DNA of 36,787 nucleotides from an uncultured Candidatus Saccharibacteria bacterium (GTDB lineage Bacteria; Patescibacteriota; Minisyncoccia; Phycocordibacterales; UBA12079). Location: contig CAYWKC010000004.1 in NCBI GenBank assembly GCA_964459145.1, positions 1 to 36,787 on the forward strand, written 5' to 3'. The first letter of the stretch is position 1. Each line of letters opens with the position of its first letter. The position numbers were made by a program, and so were the translations under genes. The notes below the pieces were generated by a model. That model worked only from the letters and a program-made list of their open reading frames with translations, was not told the origin of the DNA and did no database searches. Positions 17,634 through 28,371 of the stretch are shown in pieces.

Positions 17634-18050
17634 ATGTTAAAAATTAGATTACAGAGAGTTGGTAGAAAACATGATCCTTCTTACAGGATTATTTTAGCTG
17701 ACGTCAAACAAGGACCAAAAAGCGGTAAATCTATTGAGAATCTTGGTTCCTATGATGCTAGAAAAGATGTTAAACAAGTAAAGGGAGAAAGAATAAAATA
17801 TTGGATTGACCATGGAGCACAAGTTTCAGATACAGTTCATAATATTTTAGTAAGTGAAAAAGTAGTTGAAGGTAAAAAAATAAATGTTTTACCTAAAAAA
17901 ACTCCAATTAAAAAAGAAGTAAACACAACCCTAAAAGAAGAAAAATCTACTACGGAGGAAATTAAAAATGATAAAGAAAAAGTAAATATCGCAGACAAAG
18001 ATGTGATTGAAGAAACAGAAGAAACACAAAATGAAGAGGAGAAAGTATAA
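17634..18050 (+). CDS. rpsP: 30S ribosomal protein S16 with charged C-terminal extension
   Basis: MLKIRLQRVGRK, IENLGSYD, YWIDHGAQVSDTV. Confidence 0.95.
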   Translation: MLKIRLQRVGRKHDPSYRIILADVKQGPKSGKSIENLGSYDARKDVKQVKGERIKYWIDHGAQVSDTVHNILVSEKVVEGKKINVLPKKTPIKKEVNTTLKEEKSTTEEIKNDKEKVNIADKDVIEETEETQNEEEKV

Positions 18051-18063
18051 ATGTAAATGATAG

Positions 18064-18092
18064 TTGACTTATTTTTACAGATAAAGTAAACT
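18064..18092 (+). promoter_or_regulatory. Candidate sigma70 promoter for rpoBC
   Basis: TTGACT-17 bp-TAAACT. Confidence 0.5.
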
Positions 18093-18274
18093 ACAAGGCA
18101 GTAATTATACGACTTATTGAGTTGTGATATATAGTTCAAAATATTAATATTTACCTCAGAAATACGGTAGGACGTTTTTTGTTGGTATTGTTTTGTCAAT
18201 TTAAAGTTGACTTTTTAAAAAGTTCTTATATTCGCTTTTTATTATTTTATTTCTTTATTTAAGATTAATTTTCT

Positions 18275-21200
18275 ATGAATACACCTAAAAAAAGTAGAGA
18301 GAAGAAATATTTTAAGAAATTTAAAAAATCATTAGTAGAACTCCCCAACTTAGTAGAGTCCCAATTGTCTTCCTATCAAAAATTTGTTGATGGAGGAATT
18401 GAAAGTGTTCTTAAAGAATTTACTCCCATTGAGGACTATTCTGGCAAAAAATTTAAAATGGAGTTTCTTGATTTTGAATTTAAACAACCAGATTATGATG
18501 AGTTTTATGCTAAAGAAAACAAAAAAACATACCAAGCTACTATTAAGGTAAACGTAAAACTAACTAACAAGATATTAAAAATAGAAAAAGAACAAGAGAT
18601 TTTCTTGACTGATTTTCCGATGATGACTGAACATGGCACATTTATTATCAACGGAATTGAAAGAGTTATTGTGCCACAATTATCAAGGTCATTCGGAATG
18701 TTTTTTACGGTTCAAGAACTAAAAGGGAAAAGATATTTTGGGGTTAAAATAATTCCTTATAGAGGGGCTTGGATAGAAATAGATTCGGAACCAGGGGGTC
18801 TTATCTATGTCAAAATAGATAGAAAAAGAAAATTTTTGATTAGTTCTCTTTTAAGAGTAGTTGCTCCAGTGGGGGCTGACTTAACATCTTTGTTTAAGGA
18901 TAAAGAAGCCAAAGAAATTATTCAAAAATCAATTGAAAATGACCCGGCTAAAAATATAGATGAATCTTATATTGAAATTCATCGAAAATTAAGAGATGGA
19001 GAATTAACAACAGCCAGTCATTCAAAAGTATTTGTTGATGGTGTTTTAGATAAGGAAAAGTATGACTTACACGAAGTAGGAAGATTTTATTTTAACAAAA
19101 GATTTGGTAAGTCAATGGATAAAAAAGAGTTGGAAAGAAAGACAATTTCTATTGATGATTTGGTAACGATAGTTGAACATATTGTAGAGTTAAATAGAAC
19201 ACCAGGAGTTCCTGAAGATGATATTGACCACTTGGGGTCAAGAAGATTGCGTTATTTTGGCGAAATGGTCCAACAAAAATTTAGAGTAGGAATGTATCAG
19301 ATAAAAAGGAATATTCAAGATAGGATGTCAATTATTGGGGTGGACGTAACTTTACCGATGCAATTGGTTAATCCTCGTCCTTTACAGGCAAGAATTAAAG
19401 AATTCTTTGCTACCAACCAACTTTCCCAATTTATGTTGCAAGATAATATTTTAGCAGAGTTAGAACATTTAAGAACTGTTTCAGCTTTAGGCCCAGGGGG
19501 ATTGGTTCGAGAAAGAGCTGGTATTGAAGTTCGCGACGTCCATCCTTCTCATTATGGAAGAATTTGTCCTATCCAAACACCAGAAGGTCAAAATATTGGA
19601 TTGATATTACACTTAGCTAATTATGCCAAAGTCAATGACTTCGGAATGGTTGAGACCCCTTATTCTAAAGTTAAAAATGGAAAAGTAACTGGTGAAATAG
19701 TTTATTTAAATGCAGCCGATGAAGAATTATATAATATTGCGGATGCAACAATTAGTTTAAGTGGAGACAGCACTATCAAAGAAAAATTAATAGAAGTGCG
19801 AGTAGGGGGGAGGTTGGGAATAGTAGATAGACAAAAAGTAGATTTTATTGATGTTTCAACTAAACAGGCTTTTTCAGTAGCAACCTCGATGATTCCTTTT
19901 TTGAATCACAATGATGCTAACAGAGCTTTGATGGGGTCTAATATGCAAAAGCAATCAGTGCCTTGTGTTTTACCCGAAGCACCTTTGGTAGCGACTGGAA
20001 TTGAAGAAAAAGCTGCGCGTGATTCTGGACGTTTGGTTATTGCTAAAGAAAGTGGAATTATTTCTTTTGTAGATGCGAGAACCATTAAAGTTAAAAATAA
20101 AAAAGGAGAGGAGGACGAATATAAATTAGTTAATTTCTTAAGAACTAATAGTTTTTCTTCCTTAAGTCATTATCCCCTTGTTAATCTAAACCAAAAAGTA
20201 AAGAAGGGCGATATTTTAGCAGATGTATCTTCCACAGAAAATGGACAAATAGCACTTGGTCAGAATATTTTAGTAGCTTTTATGTCATGGTATGGTTCAA
20301 ATTATGAAGATGCTATTGTTATTTCTGATAGATTGGTCAAGGAAGACAAATTTACCAGTATCTATATTGAAGAATTTGTGGAAGATGTCCGTGATACAAA
20401 GTTGGGAGAAGAAATAACTACTCACGACATTCCCAATGTTGGTGAAGCTAAATTAAAAAACCTAGATGAAGATGGAATTATTAGAATTGGGGCAGAAGTT
20501 AACCAAGGTGATATTTTGGTTGGAAAAATTACACCGAAAGGGGAAACCCAACTGACACCAGAAGAAAGATTATTAAAGTCTATTTTTGGTGAGAAAGCCC
20601 AAGATGTTAAAGATACGTCTTTACGAGTTAAAGGAGGTAAAAGAGGTTTTGTCAAAAGTGTCAAAGTTTTTTCTAGAGATAAAGGTGAGATAAATGAGCC
20701 AGGAGTGATTAAAAGAATTTATGTTGAAGTAGCTCATCTAAGAAACATTTCTGTGGGTGACAAGTTATCTGGCCGACATGGTAACAAAGGAGTTATTTCA
20801 AGAATTCTTCCCCAAGAAGATATGCCTTATATGAAAGATGGCACTCCCATTGATATTATTTTAACTCCATTAGGAGTTCCTTCTCGTATGAATTTAGGAC
20901 AAATTTTAGAATTGCATCTTGGGATGGCAGCTCATTCTCTGAATTATCAAGCCATTGTTCCTCCTTTTGCGGGAGCTACCGAAGAAGAAATTAAAGATGA
21001 GTTGGAAAAAGCTGGTTTTAGTAAAGATGGAACAATGGCACTTTATGATGGATTAACTGGTGAACCTTTTGATCAAAATATTGCTGTGGGTTATATGTAT
21101 ATTCTTAAACTTCACCATATGGTTGAGGACAAGATGCATATGCGTTCTGTTGGTCCTTATTCTCTTATTAATCAACAACCCTTAGGGGGAAAAGCTCAGA

Positions 21201-21436
21201 AAGGAGGGCAACGATTTGGGGAAATGGAAGTTTGGGCTCTTTTGGGGCATGGGACAGCTCATATTTTAAGAGAAGTTTTAACAATAAAATCGGATGATAT
21301 TCTTGGTCGTTCAGCAGCTTTTGACGCTATTGTCAAAGATAGAAAAATACCAGAACCAAATATTCCAGCTTCTTTTAACGTTTTATTAAATAATCTTCGT
21401 GGTTTGGCTTTGGATATAGATTTAAAGAAAAAATAA
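18275..21436 (+). CDS. rpoB: RNA polymerase beta subunit
   Basis: GTFIINGIERV, RDVHPSHYGRICP, GDKLSGRHGNKG, GQRFGEME. Confidence 0.99.
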   Translation: MNTPKKSREKKYFKKFKKSLVELPNLVESQLSSYQKFVDGGIESVLKEFTPIEDYSGKKFKMEFLDFEFKQPDYDEFYAKENKKTYQATIKVNVKLTNKILKIEKEQEIFLTDFPMMTEHGTFIINGIERVIVPQLSRSFGMFFTVQELKGKRYFGVKIIPYRGAWIEIDSEPGGLIYVKIDRKRKFLISSLLRVVAPVGADLTSLFKDKEAKEIIQKSIENDPAKNIDESYIEIHRKLRDGELTTASHSKVFVDGVLDKEKYDLHEVGRFYFNKRFGKSMDKKELERKTISIDDLVTIVEHIVELNRTPGVPEDDIDHLGSRRLRYFGEMVQQKFRVGMYQIKRNIQDRMSIIGVDVTLPMQLVNPRPLQARIKEFFATNQLSQFMLQDNILAELEHLRTVSALGPGGLVRERAGIEVRDVHPSHYGRICPIQTPEGQNIGLILHLANYAKVNDFGMVETPYSKVKNGKVTGEIVYLNAADEELYNIADATISLSGDSTIKEKLIEVRVGGRLGIVDRQKVDFIDVSTKQAFSVATSMIPFLNHNDANRALMGSNMQKQSVPCVLPEAPLVATGIEEKAARDSGRLVIAKESGIISFVDARTIKVKNKKGEEDEYKLVNFLRTNSFSSLSHYPLVNLNQKVKKGDILADVSSTENGQIALGQNILVAFMSWYGSNYEDAIVISDRLVKEDKFTSIYIEEFVEDVRDTKLGEEITTHDIPNVGEAKLKNLDEDGIIRIGAEVNQGDILVGKITPKGETQLTPEERLLKSIFGEKAQDVKDTSLRVKGGKRGFVKSVKVFSRDKGEINEPGVIKRIYVEVAHLRNISVGDKLSGRHGNKGVISRILPQEDMPYMKDGTPIDIILTPLGVPSRMNLGQILELHLGMAAHSLNYQAIVPPFAGATEEEIKDELEKAGFSKDGTMALYDGLTGEPFDQNIAVGYMYILKLHHMVEDKMHMRSVGPYSLINQQPLGGKAQKGGQRFGEMEVWALLGHGTAHILREVLTIKSDDILGRSAAFDAIVKDRKIPEPNIPASFNVLLNNLRGLALDIDLKKK

Positions 21437-21475
21437 AATAATTATATTTAAAATTAAATTAAATCTTAAAATAAT

Positions 21476-24400
21476 ATGTTAGCAAATAATAAAATAGCAA
21501 AAGACAAAGATTTCTACTCAACGGATTTTGATTATATTACTCTTAAATTGGCTTCTCCAGAAAAAATCTTAGAATGGTCACACGGTGAAGTTAAAAAACC
21601 AGAGACGATTAATTATAGAACACAACGAAGTGAAAAAGATGGTCTTTTTGATGAAAAGGTTTTTGGTCCTGATAAAGATTATGAATGTTACTGTGGTAAA
21701 TATAAAGGAATAAGATATAAAGGAATTATTTGTGAAAAATGTGGAGTGGAAATCACGAGGTCAATCGTGCGACGAGATCGTATGGGGCATATAGAATTAG
21801 CTGTTCCGGTTTCTCATATTTGGTTTTTAAAATCAATTCCTTCTCGGATTGGTTTGATTTTAGATATCCCGGCGGCAGATTTAAGAAGGGTTATTTATTT
21901 TGCTGGCTATATAGTAGTGAAAATAAACGAAGATGAAAAAAAGAGAATTTTAAGCGAAGTAGAAATAGAGTATAAAACAAAAGTAAAAAATCTTAAAAGT
22001 AACAAAGATAAAGAAAAGATAAAAGAATTGGTCTCAAATGTGAAAAGAGAAATTGAGGGAATTCAATTAGGGGTCGTTTTTGATGAGATTACTTATAATA
22101 AAAACTCATTAAAATATGGGGCAATGTTTGAAGCTGGAATTGGAGCAGAAGCTATTTATGAAATTTGTAGGCAAATTAATTTAGAAAAGTTGAAGGAAGA
22201 ATTGGAGAAAGATTTGATAAAGGCGGGCTCAATAAAAAGAGTTAAATTAAACAAACGATTAGAGTTAGTTGAGTCATTAATCACCTCAAAAACAAGGCCA
22301 GAATGGATGTTTCTTACGCGGATTCCAGTGATTCCACCAGCTCTTCGTCCCATGGTTGTTTTAGGAGGAGGACGACATGCAACTTCAGATGTAAATGATT
22401 TATACAGAAGAGTTATTAATAGGAATAACCGTCTTAAAAAATTACAAGAAATTAATGCCCCTGATGTTATTCTAAGAAATGAAAAAAGAATTTTACAAGA
22501 AGCGGTTGATTCTTTAATTGATAACTCAATCAAATATACGGGGTCTTCTTCTGTTATGAGTCAGGCACAGAGAAGACCACTTAAATCATTATCTGATAAT
22601 CTAAAAGGGAAACAGGGCTTATTTAGACAAAACCTTTTAGGAAAAAGGGTAGATTACTCAGGTCGTTCGGTTATTGTAGTTGGACCTGATTTAAATTTGG
22701 ATCAATGCGGTTTACCAAAATATATGGCACTTGAGTTGTTTCGGCCTTTTGTTATCTCTAGAATTTTAAAAGATGAATTAGCTCATAATATAAAGTGGGC
22801 AGGAAGGTTAATTGAAGAAGGGGGTCCAGAAGTTTGGGCTATTCTGGAAGATGTCATTAAAGATAAATATGTGTTATTGAATAGAGCTCCAACTTTGCAC
22901 CGTTTAGGAATTCAAGCTTTTCGTCCGCTTTTGATAGAAGGGATGGCTATTCAAGTTCACCCTTTGGTTTGTTCGGCTTTTAATGCTGATTTTGATGGTG
23001 ATATGATGGCCGTGCATGTTCCTTTGACGAGAAAAGCTCAAACTGAAGCAAGGGAAATTATGGCAGCAGATAAAAATATTTTAAAACCAGGAACGGGTCA
23101 CCCAATAGTTGACCCCAAAATGGATATGGCTTTGGGTTGTTATTGGATGACAAAAATTGTTGATGAGGAGAAAAAAGAAAATAAATTTTTCTCAAGTATT
23201 AATGAAGCAATCACAGCTTGTGATTTTGGAGTGATTGGTTATGGAACTCTTATTAAAGTTTTACCATCGGAAAGTCCCAAGTATGCTGAATTTAAGGGAG
23301 AAGTTTTTGAGACAACGGCAGGGAGATTACTTTTTAACAGTATTTTGCCAAAAGATTATCCTTTTATAAATGATAAAGTTGGGAAAAAAGATATTTCTAG
23401 AATAACGAATGATTTAATTAAGAGATACGGAATGAAAAATATTGCGCCTATTTTAGGGAAAATAAAAGATTTTGGTTTTAAATATGCGACAAAATCGGGG
23501 GTTACTTGGGGAATTGATAATATTACTATTCCTGAAAATAAATACGAAATAATTAATTTAGCTAAGGAAAAATCGAGTGGAGTTTGGGCACAATATAATG
23601 AAGGGCTTCTTACTCCAGAAGAGAGACGGAGAAAAAATATAGAAATTTGGCATGCAACTAAAGATGAATTAGGAAATCTTATTCCAGATACATTAGATAA
23701 ACAAGGGTCAGCTTATAATATGTGGATTTCTGGAGCGAGAGGTTCTCTGGGTCAATTTACTCAAATGGCAGGAATGAGGGGCCTTATTCAAAATACAGCG
23801 GGGGAAACGATTGAGACTCCAGTTATTTCTTGTTTAAAGGAAGGTTTGACACCGATTGAATACTTTACCACTACTCATGGTTCACGAAAAGGATTAGCTG
23901 ATACAGCTTTGAATACTTCTAAAGCGGGTTATTTAACGAGAAAATTATTTGATGTCTCTCAAGATGTGGTTATTACAGAAGAAGATTGTGGAACAAATAA
24001 TTATATTACTCTTAGAAAAGAAAAACTTTCAGGAATAGAAATTTCTTTAGCAAGAAATATCAAGGGAAGAGTCTTGGCTAAAAAAATTGAAGATAAAGAT
24101 GGGAAAGTATTGTTTAAGAAAGGACACCTCATCACTACTGATGAGGCAGAGTTAATTGAAAATTTAGAAGTGGAATCGGTAGATGTAAGGTCTCCGATGA
24201 CTTGCTCAACTTTACGTGGAATTTGCCAGAAATGTTATGGAACCGATTTTGGGACAGATGAATTAGTTGATTTAGGCGAGGCTGTTGGAACTATTGCTGC
24301 CCAAGCTATTGGAGAACCAGGAACACAATTGACCATGAGAACCTTCCACACGGGAGGAACTGCTTCTGTGGGAGGAGATATTACACAAGGATTGCCCAGA

Positions 24401-25156
24401 GTAGAAGAAATTTTTGAAAGAAGAATTCCTAAATCCATTGCCACAATTAGCAAAGTAAATGGGATGGTGACCGACATTGATGAAAAAGGAAAAGAAAGAA
24501 AAATAGTTATTATGCCAGATATTGAAAATCGCACAGCCTCAACAAAAGGAAAACAACAAATTATTTATATTATTCCTTATAATAGGACTATTTTAGTGAA
24601 AGTGGGAGATAAAGTAAAAAAAGGTAATTTATTGACAGATGGTTCGGCTGATATTGCGGAATTATTTAAATATGCTGGAAAAGAAAGAACGCAAGAATAT
24701 ATTATCAGGGAAACAATTAAAATCTATGAATTACAAGGAGCTTCTACCTCAAGAAAACATATAGAGGTTATTATAAAACAAATGATGTCTCGGAGAAAAG
24801 TTAAATCGTCAGGTGGAACAACTTTGGCAGTGGGAAGTATTATAGAAGATTTCAAATTGGAAGAAGAAAATAAGAAGGCGAAAAAATTAGGGTTAGAAGA
24901 AGCCAAAGGAGCGAATTTGGTTTTAGGAATCACAGAATCAGCCTTAACTAGAGAAAGTTTTCTTTCCTCGGTTTCTTTCCAAAATACAACCAAGATGTTA
25001 ATTGGAGCCGCACTTAATGGAGCAGAGGATAATTTGGTTGGGTTGAAAGAAAATATTATTGTAGGGAGGTTAGTGCCAGCTGGTTCAGGGTTCAAAAATA
25101 GTAAAAAGTGGAAAATGATACAGGCGGTTGAAGAACCAGAAGGAGAAAGGGAGTAA
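21476..25156 (+). CDS. rpoC: RNA polymerase beta' subunit
   Basis: Zn ribbon CYCGK...CEKC, GKRVDYSGRSVI, NADFDGD, GEPGTQLTMRTFH. Confidence 0.99.
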   Translation: MLANNKIAKDKDFYSTDFDYITLKLASPEKILEWSHGEVKKPETINYRTQRSEKDGLFDEKVFGPDKDYECYCGKYKGIRYKGIICEKCGVEITRSIVRRDRMGHIELAVPVSHIWFLKSIPSRIGLILDIPAADLRRVIYFAGYIVVKINEDEKKRILSEVEIEYKTKVKNLKSNKDKEKIKELVSNVKREIEGIQLGVVFDEITYNKNSLKYGAMFEAGIGAEAIYEICRQINLEKLKEELEKDLIKAGSIKRVKLNKRLELVESLITSKTRPEWMFLTRIPVIPPALRPMVVLGGGRHATSDVNDLYRRVINRNNRLKKLQEINAPDVILRNEKRILQEAVDSLIDNSIKYTGSSSVMSQAQRRPLKSLSDNLKGKQGLFRQNLLGKRVDYSGRSVIVVGPDLNLDQCGLPKYMALELFRPFVISRILKDELAHNIKWAGRLIEEGGPEVWAILEDVIKDKYVLLNRAPTLHRLGIQAFRPLLIEGMAIQVHPLVCSAFNADFDGDMMAVHVPLTRKAQTEAREIMAADKNILKPGTGHPIVDPKMDMALGCYWMTKIVDEEKKENKFFSSINEAITACDFGVIGYGTLIKVLPSESPKYAEFKGEVFETTAGRLLFNSILPKDYPFINDKVGKKDISRITNDLIKRYGMKNIAPILGKIKDFGFKYATKSGVTWGIDNITIPENKYEIINLAKEKSSGVWAQYNEGLLTPEERRRKNIEIWHATKDELGNLIPDTLDKQGSAYNMWISGARGSLGQFTQMAGMRGLIQNTAGETIETPVISCLKEGLTPIEYFTTTHGSRKGLADTALNTSKAGYLTRKLFDVSQDVVITEEDCGTNNYITLRKEKLSGIEISLARNIKGRVLAKKIEDKDGKVLFKKGHLITTDEAELIENLEVESVDVRSPMTCSTLRGICQKCYGTDFGTDELVDLGEAVGTIAAQAIGEPGTQLTMRTFHTGGTASVGGDITQGLPRVEEIFERRIPKSIATISKVNGMVTDIDEKGKERKIVIMPDIENRTASTKGKQQIIYIIPYNRTILVKVGDKVKKGNLLTDGSADIAELFKYAGKERTQEYIIRETIKIYELQGASTSRKHIEVIIKQMMSRRKVKSSGGTTLAVGSIIEDFKLEEENKKAKKLGLEEAKGANLVLGITESALTRESFLSSVSFQNTTKMLIGAALNGAEDNLVGLKENIIVGRLVPAGSGFKNSKKWKMIQAVEEPEGERE

Positions 25157-25157
25157 T

Positions 25158-25280
25158 ATGAAGTCCATAAAGTCTGTAAGGCTCATAAAGTCAAAGGTCT
25201 ATAAAGCCCATAAAGTCAAAAATCGCTTTGCGATTTTTCCAAAAAAAACTTTCGACTTTTGACTTTATAAACTTTAGACT
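25158..25280. repeat. Bipartite degenerate tandem repeat: (ATAAAGTCn)n - hairpin - (GACTTT)n
   Basis: About seven AAAGTC-type units 25158-25218, 9-bp stem 25218-25238, about four ACTTT units 25248-25280. Confidence 0.75.
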
Positions 25281-25290
25281 AATATATATT

Positions 25291-27075
25291 ATGGATAATG
25301 TTGAAAAAATAAAAAACCGTTTAGATATTGTCGATGTTGTCGGTTCTTATATAAAATTAGAAAAAACTGGTTTAAATTTTAAAGCATGTTGTCCTTTCCA
25401 TAACGAAAAAACACCTTCTTTTTTTGTTTCACCGACGAGAGGAACATATAAATGTTTTGGTTGTGGAGAAGGGGGAGATATTTTTTCTTTTGTGGAAAAG
25501 TTTGAGGGGGTTGATTTTAAAGGAGCTTTAAAAATTTTAGCCGAGAAAGCGGGGATAGAGTTAGAAAAAGAAGACCCTAAGAAAGCAAATGAAAGGAAAA
25601 GAATTTACGATGTTTTAGAAAAAGCTACGGTTTATTTTGAAAAAAATTTGAAAGAAAACCTATCAGCTCTTGCTTATTTGGAACAGAGGGGAATAAATAA
25701 TCAGACGATAGAGAAATTTCGGTTAGGATTTGCTAAACCAAATTGGCAAGATTTGTATAATTTTTTAAAAAAAGAAAAATATACTGATTTTGAGATAGAT
25801 AAAGCGGGTTTAATTAAAAAAAAGAACGAAAAAAGCGGTTTTTACGATAGATTTAGAGAAAGAATTATTTTTCCGTTATTTGACAATTCAAATCAAGTTA
25901 TTGCTTTCTCTGGAAGATATTTTGGGAGAGGTGGTGAGCAAGAAGGAACGATAGCTAAGTATTTAAATAGTCCAGAAACAATTTTATTTGATAAATCTAG
26001 CATTCTTCACGGATATAATTTTGCTAAGACCAAGATAAGAAAAAGAGATTTTTCAATTTTAGTGGAGGGGCAAATGGATCTTCTAATGTGCCATCAAAAC
26101 GGTTATGACAATGCAGTGGCTAGTTCAGGAACGGCTTTAAGTCGGAGACACATTGATCTTTTAAAAAAATTATCTCGGAGATTGGTGATTGCTTTTGATG
26201 GAGATAAAGCCGGGTTTTCTTCTGCTTGTCGGGCTACAAAGATTGCTTTATCAGAAGGAATGGAAGTAAGATTAATGGAAATACCCAATGGGCTTGACCC
26301 AGCGGAGTTTATTTTGCAAGATAAATTAGGTTGGCAAAAAGCTCTGAAAGAGGGTAAACATATTGTTGAATTTTACTTAAACAAATTAGTTTTTGAAGTT
26401 AAGGGGGCTTCTAACAAGGTTGTAGATGATAAAATTAAAAGAAAATTAGGTAAAGCTGTTCAAGAAGAAGTCTTGCCTTTTGTAATCTTAATTGAAAGTG
26501 AGATAGAGAAAGCTAATTTTGTAGAAAAGATTGCTAATCAATTAGAAGTTCCAGATAAAGTTATTTGGGAAGAATTGGCAAAAATAAAAAAAATTGCTTT
26601 TTCAATGACTCGCCAGAGTGAAGAAGAGGGGTTTGATAGAAAAAAAAGTTTTGTGAAAAAGTTATCTTTGAAAAAAGACAAAAAAAATAGAAAACAAATA
26701 ATTTTAAGGCAATTGGCAGGCTTATATTGGTGGCAAAAAGATATAAAACAACCAATTTTTGATTTTCAATTATTAAGAAAAAATATAAAAAAAAATATAG
26801 GTAATGATATTTTTAAAAAAATTGAAAAGTTGCCTGAAAAAATAAAGGACGAAATTGTTTTTGAAGTTGAAATTTTATATGGTGATGTTGAAAATATAGA
26901 AGAAAAAATTATAGAATTGCTTAAGAACTTAGAGATTGAATTGTTAAATGAAAAAATCAAAAAAGTTGTTTTTGAACAAAAACAAGCTGAAAAAGAAGGA
27001 AATAGTCGGTTGGCATTAAAAAAATTAGAGATGTATAATCAATTATCAAAACAAAAGAGTCAATTATGTAATTAA
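25291..27075 (+). CDS. dnaG: DNA primase (start placed at ATG 25291, MDNVEKIK)
   Basis: CPFHNEKTPSF...CFGC zinc finger, DRFRERIIFP, KYLNSPET, VEGQMD, FDGDKAG. Confidence 0.96.
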   Translation: MDNVEKIKNRLDIVDVVGSYIKLEKTGLNFKACCPFHNEKTPSFFVSPTRGTYKCFGCGEGGDIFSFVEKFEGVDFKGALKILAEKAGIELEKEDPKKANERKRIYDVLEKATVYFEKNLKENLSALAYLEQRGINNQTIEKFRLGFAKPNWQDLYNFLKKEKYTDFEIDKAGLIKKKNEKSGFYDRFRERIIFPLFDNSNQVIAFSGRYFGRGGEQEGTIAKYLNSPETILFDKSSILHGYNFAKTKIRKRDFSILVEGQMDLLMCHQNGYDNAVASSGTALSRRHIDLLKKLSRRLVIAFDGDKAGFSSACRATKIALSEGMEVRLMEIPNGLDPAEFILQDKLGWQKALKEGKHIVEFYLNKLVFEVKGASNKVVDDKIKRKLGKAVQEEVLPFVILIESEIEKANFVEKIANQLEVPDKVIWEELAKIKKIAFSMTRQSEEEGFDRKKSFVKKLSLKKDKKNRKQIILRQLAGLYWWQKDIKQPIFDFQLLRKNIKKNIGNDIFKKIEKLPEKIKDEIVFEVEILYGDVENIEEKIIELLKNLEIELLNEKIKKVVFEQKQAEKEGNSRLALKKLEMYNQLSKQKSQLCN

Positions 27076-27081
27076 AAAACT

Positions 27082-28368
27082 ATGCCTAAAAAAACCAAGA
27101 AAGAAATAAAAAAGAAATCCTCTAAAAAAATGGTGGTAAAGAAAGGGGTAAAAAAGAAAGAAAGAGATAAAATAACGACGAAGAAAGTCAAAAAAATAAC
27201 CCCGAAGAAGAAAGGGGAAAAGAAATCTATTTTTTCCGAAAAGAAAAAAATTATTGTTAAGAAAAACAAGGAAAAAATAAAACCCAATAAACACTCGGAG
27301 GAAAATAAAAAAAAGATAGAAAGTTTGGTAAAGAGAGGAAAAGAAATGGGATTTGTGACTTTTGATAATATCTTAAAGGAATTTCCTTATGTGGAGAATG
27401 ATTTGTTTTTGTTGGAAGAGGTCTATGAAAATTTTGATAAAATGGGGATTGATGTTCTAGAAAATAAAGAGATTTTAGACTCAAATGCTGAAATGTCATT
27501 GAAGAAGGTGGGAAAATATGACCGAGCTTCACAAGATTCTATTCAAATGTATTTGAAGGAAATTGGAAGATATGAATTATTAACCCAAGCTCAAGAAAAA
27601 TCCTTAGCGCAAAGAATTGAGAAGGGAGATGAAGAAGCCAAAAACTTATTAGCCAGAGCCAACTTAAGATTGGTGGTTTCTATTGCTAAAAAATACATGG
27701 GGAGAAGTTCGGATTTAACTTTGTTAGATTTAATTCAAGAGGGGAGTTTGGGTTTATTTAAAGCGGTTGAAAAATTTGATTGGACAAAAGGATTCAAGTT
27801 TTCTACTTATGCAACTTGGTGGATTAGGCAAGCTATAACACGAGCTTTAGCTGACCAATCTAGAACGATTAGAATTCCTGTGCATATGGTGGAAACCATT
27901 GCTAAATACAAACAAACAGTTAGAAGATTATCTCAGGAGTTGGGGAGGAAACCTCTTCCAGAAGAAATTGCGGTAGAAATGGATTTAACAGTTGATAAGG
28001 TTCATAATATTTTAAGGATAGATAGAAAAATTGTTTCTTTAGAAAATCCAATTGGAGGAGAAGATGGCGACGGGAAGTCAACTTTGGAAGATTTTACTCC
28101 CGATGACAAAATTGATTCTCCAGAACAAAAGGTCTCACAAAGAATTTTAGCCGATCAAGTTAGAGATGTTCTAAATGATTTGACTTTCAAAGAAAAAAAG
28201 ATTTTGGAAATGAGGAATGGAATTGGAGACGGAGTTTATCGGACTTTGGAGGAAGTGGGGAAGGAATTTGGAGTAACCCGAGAACGAATTCGTCAAATTG
28301 AAGCCAAAGCTCACGAAAAAATTAGGCAAAATGAGAAAATAAATCGTCTCAGAGACCTTGATTTTTAA
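27082..28368 (+). CDS. rpoD: Primary sigma factor RpoD/SigA with Lys-rich N-terminal tail
   Basis: [52 protein letters not shown]; follows dnaG. Confidence 0.96.
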   Translation: MPKKTKKEIKKKSSKKMVVKKGVKKKERDKITTKKVKKITPKKKGEKKSIFSEKKKIIVKKNKEKIKPNKHSEENKKKIESLVKRGKEMGFVTFDNILKEFPYVENDLFLLEEVYENFDKMGIDVLENKEILDSNAEMSLKKVGKYDRASQDSIQMYLKEIGRYELLTQAQEKSLAQRIEKGDEEAKNLLARANLRLVVSIAKKYMGRSSDLTLLDLIQEGSLGLFKAVEKFDWTKGFKFSTYATWWIRQAITRALADQSRTIRIPVHMVETIAKYKQTVRRLSQELGRKPLPEEIAVEMDLTVDKVHNILRIDRKIVSLENPIGGEDGDGKSTLEDFTPDDKIDSPEQKVSQRILADQVRDVLNDLTFKEKKILEMRNGIGDGVYRTLEEVGKEFGVTRERIRQIEAKAHEKIRQNEKINRLRDLDF

Positions 28369-28371
28369 AAT

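Noticed and set aside
25228-25290. TTG-initiated N-terminal extension of DnaG
   Set aside because: It is translated repeat sequence; primase similarity begins at ATG 25291
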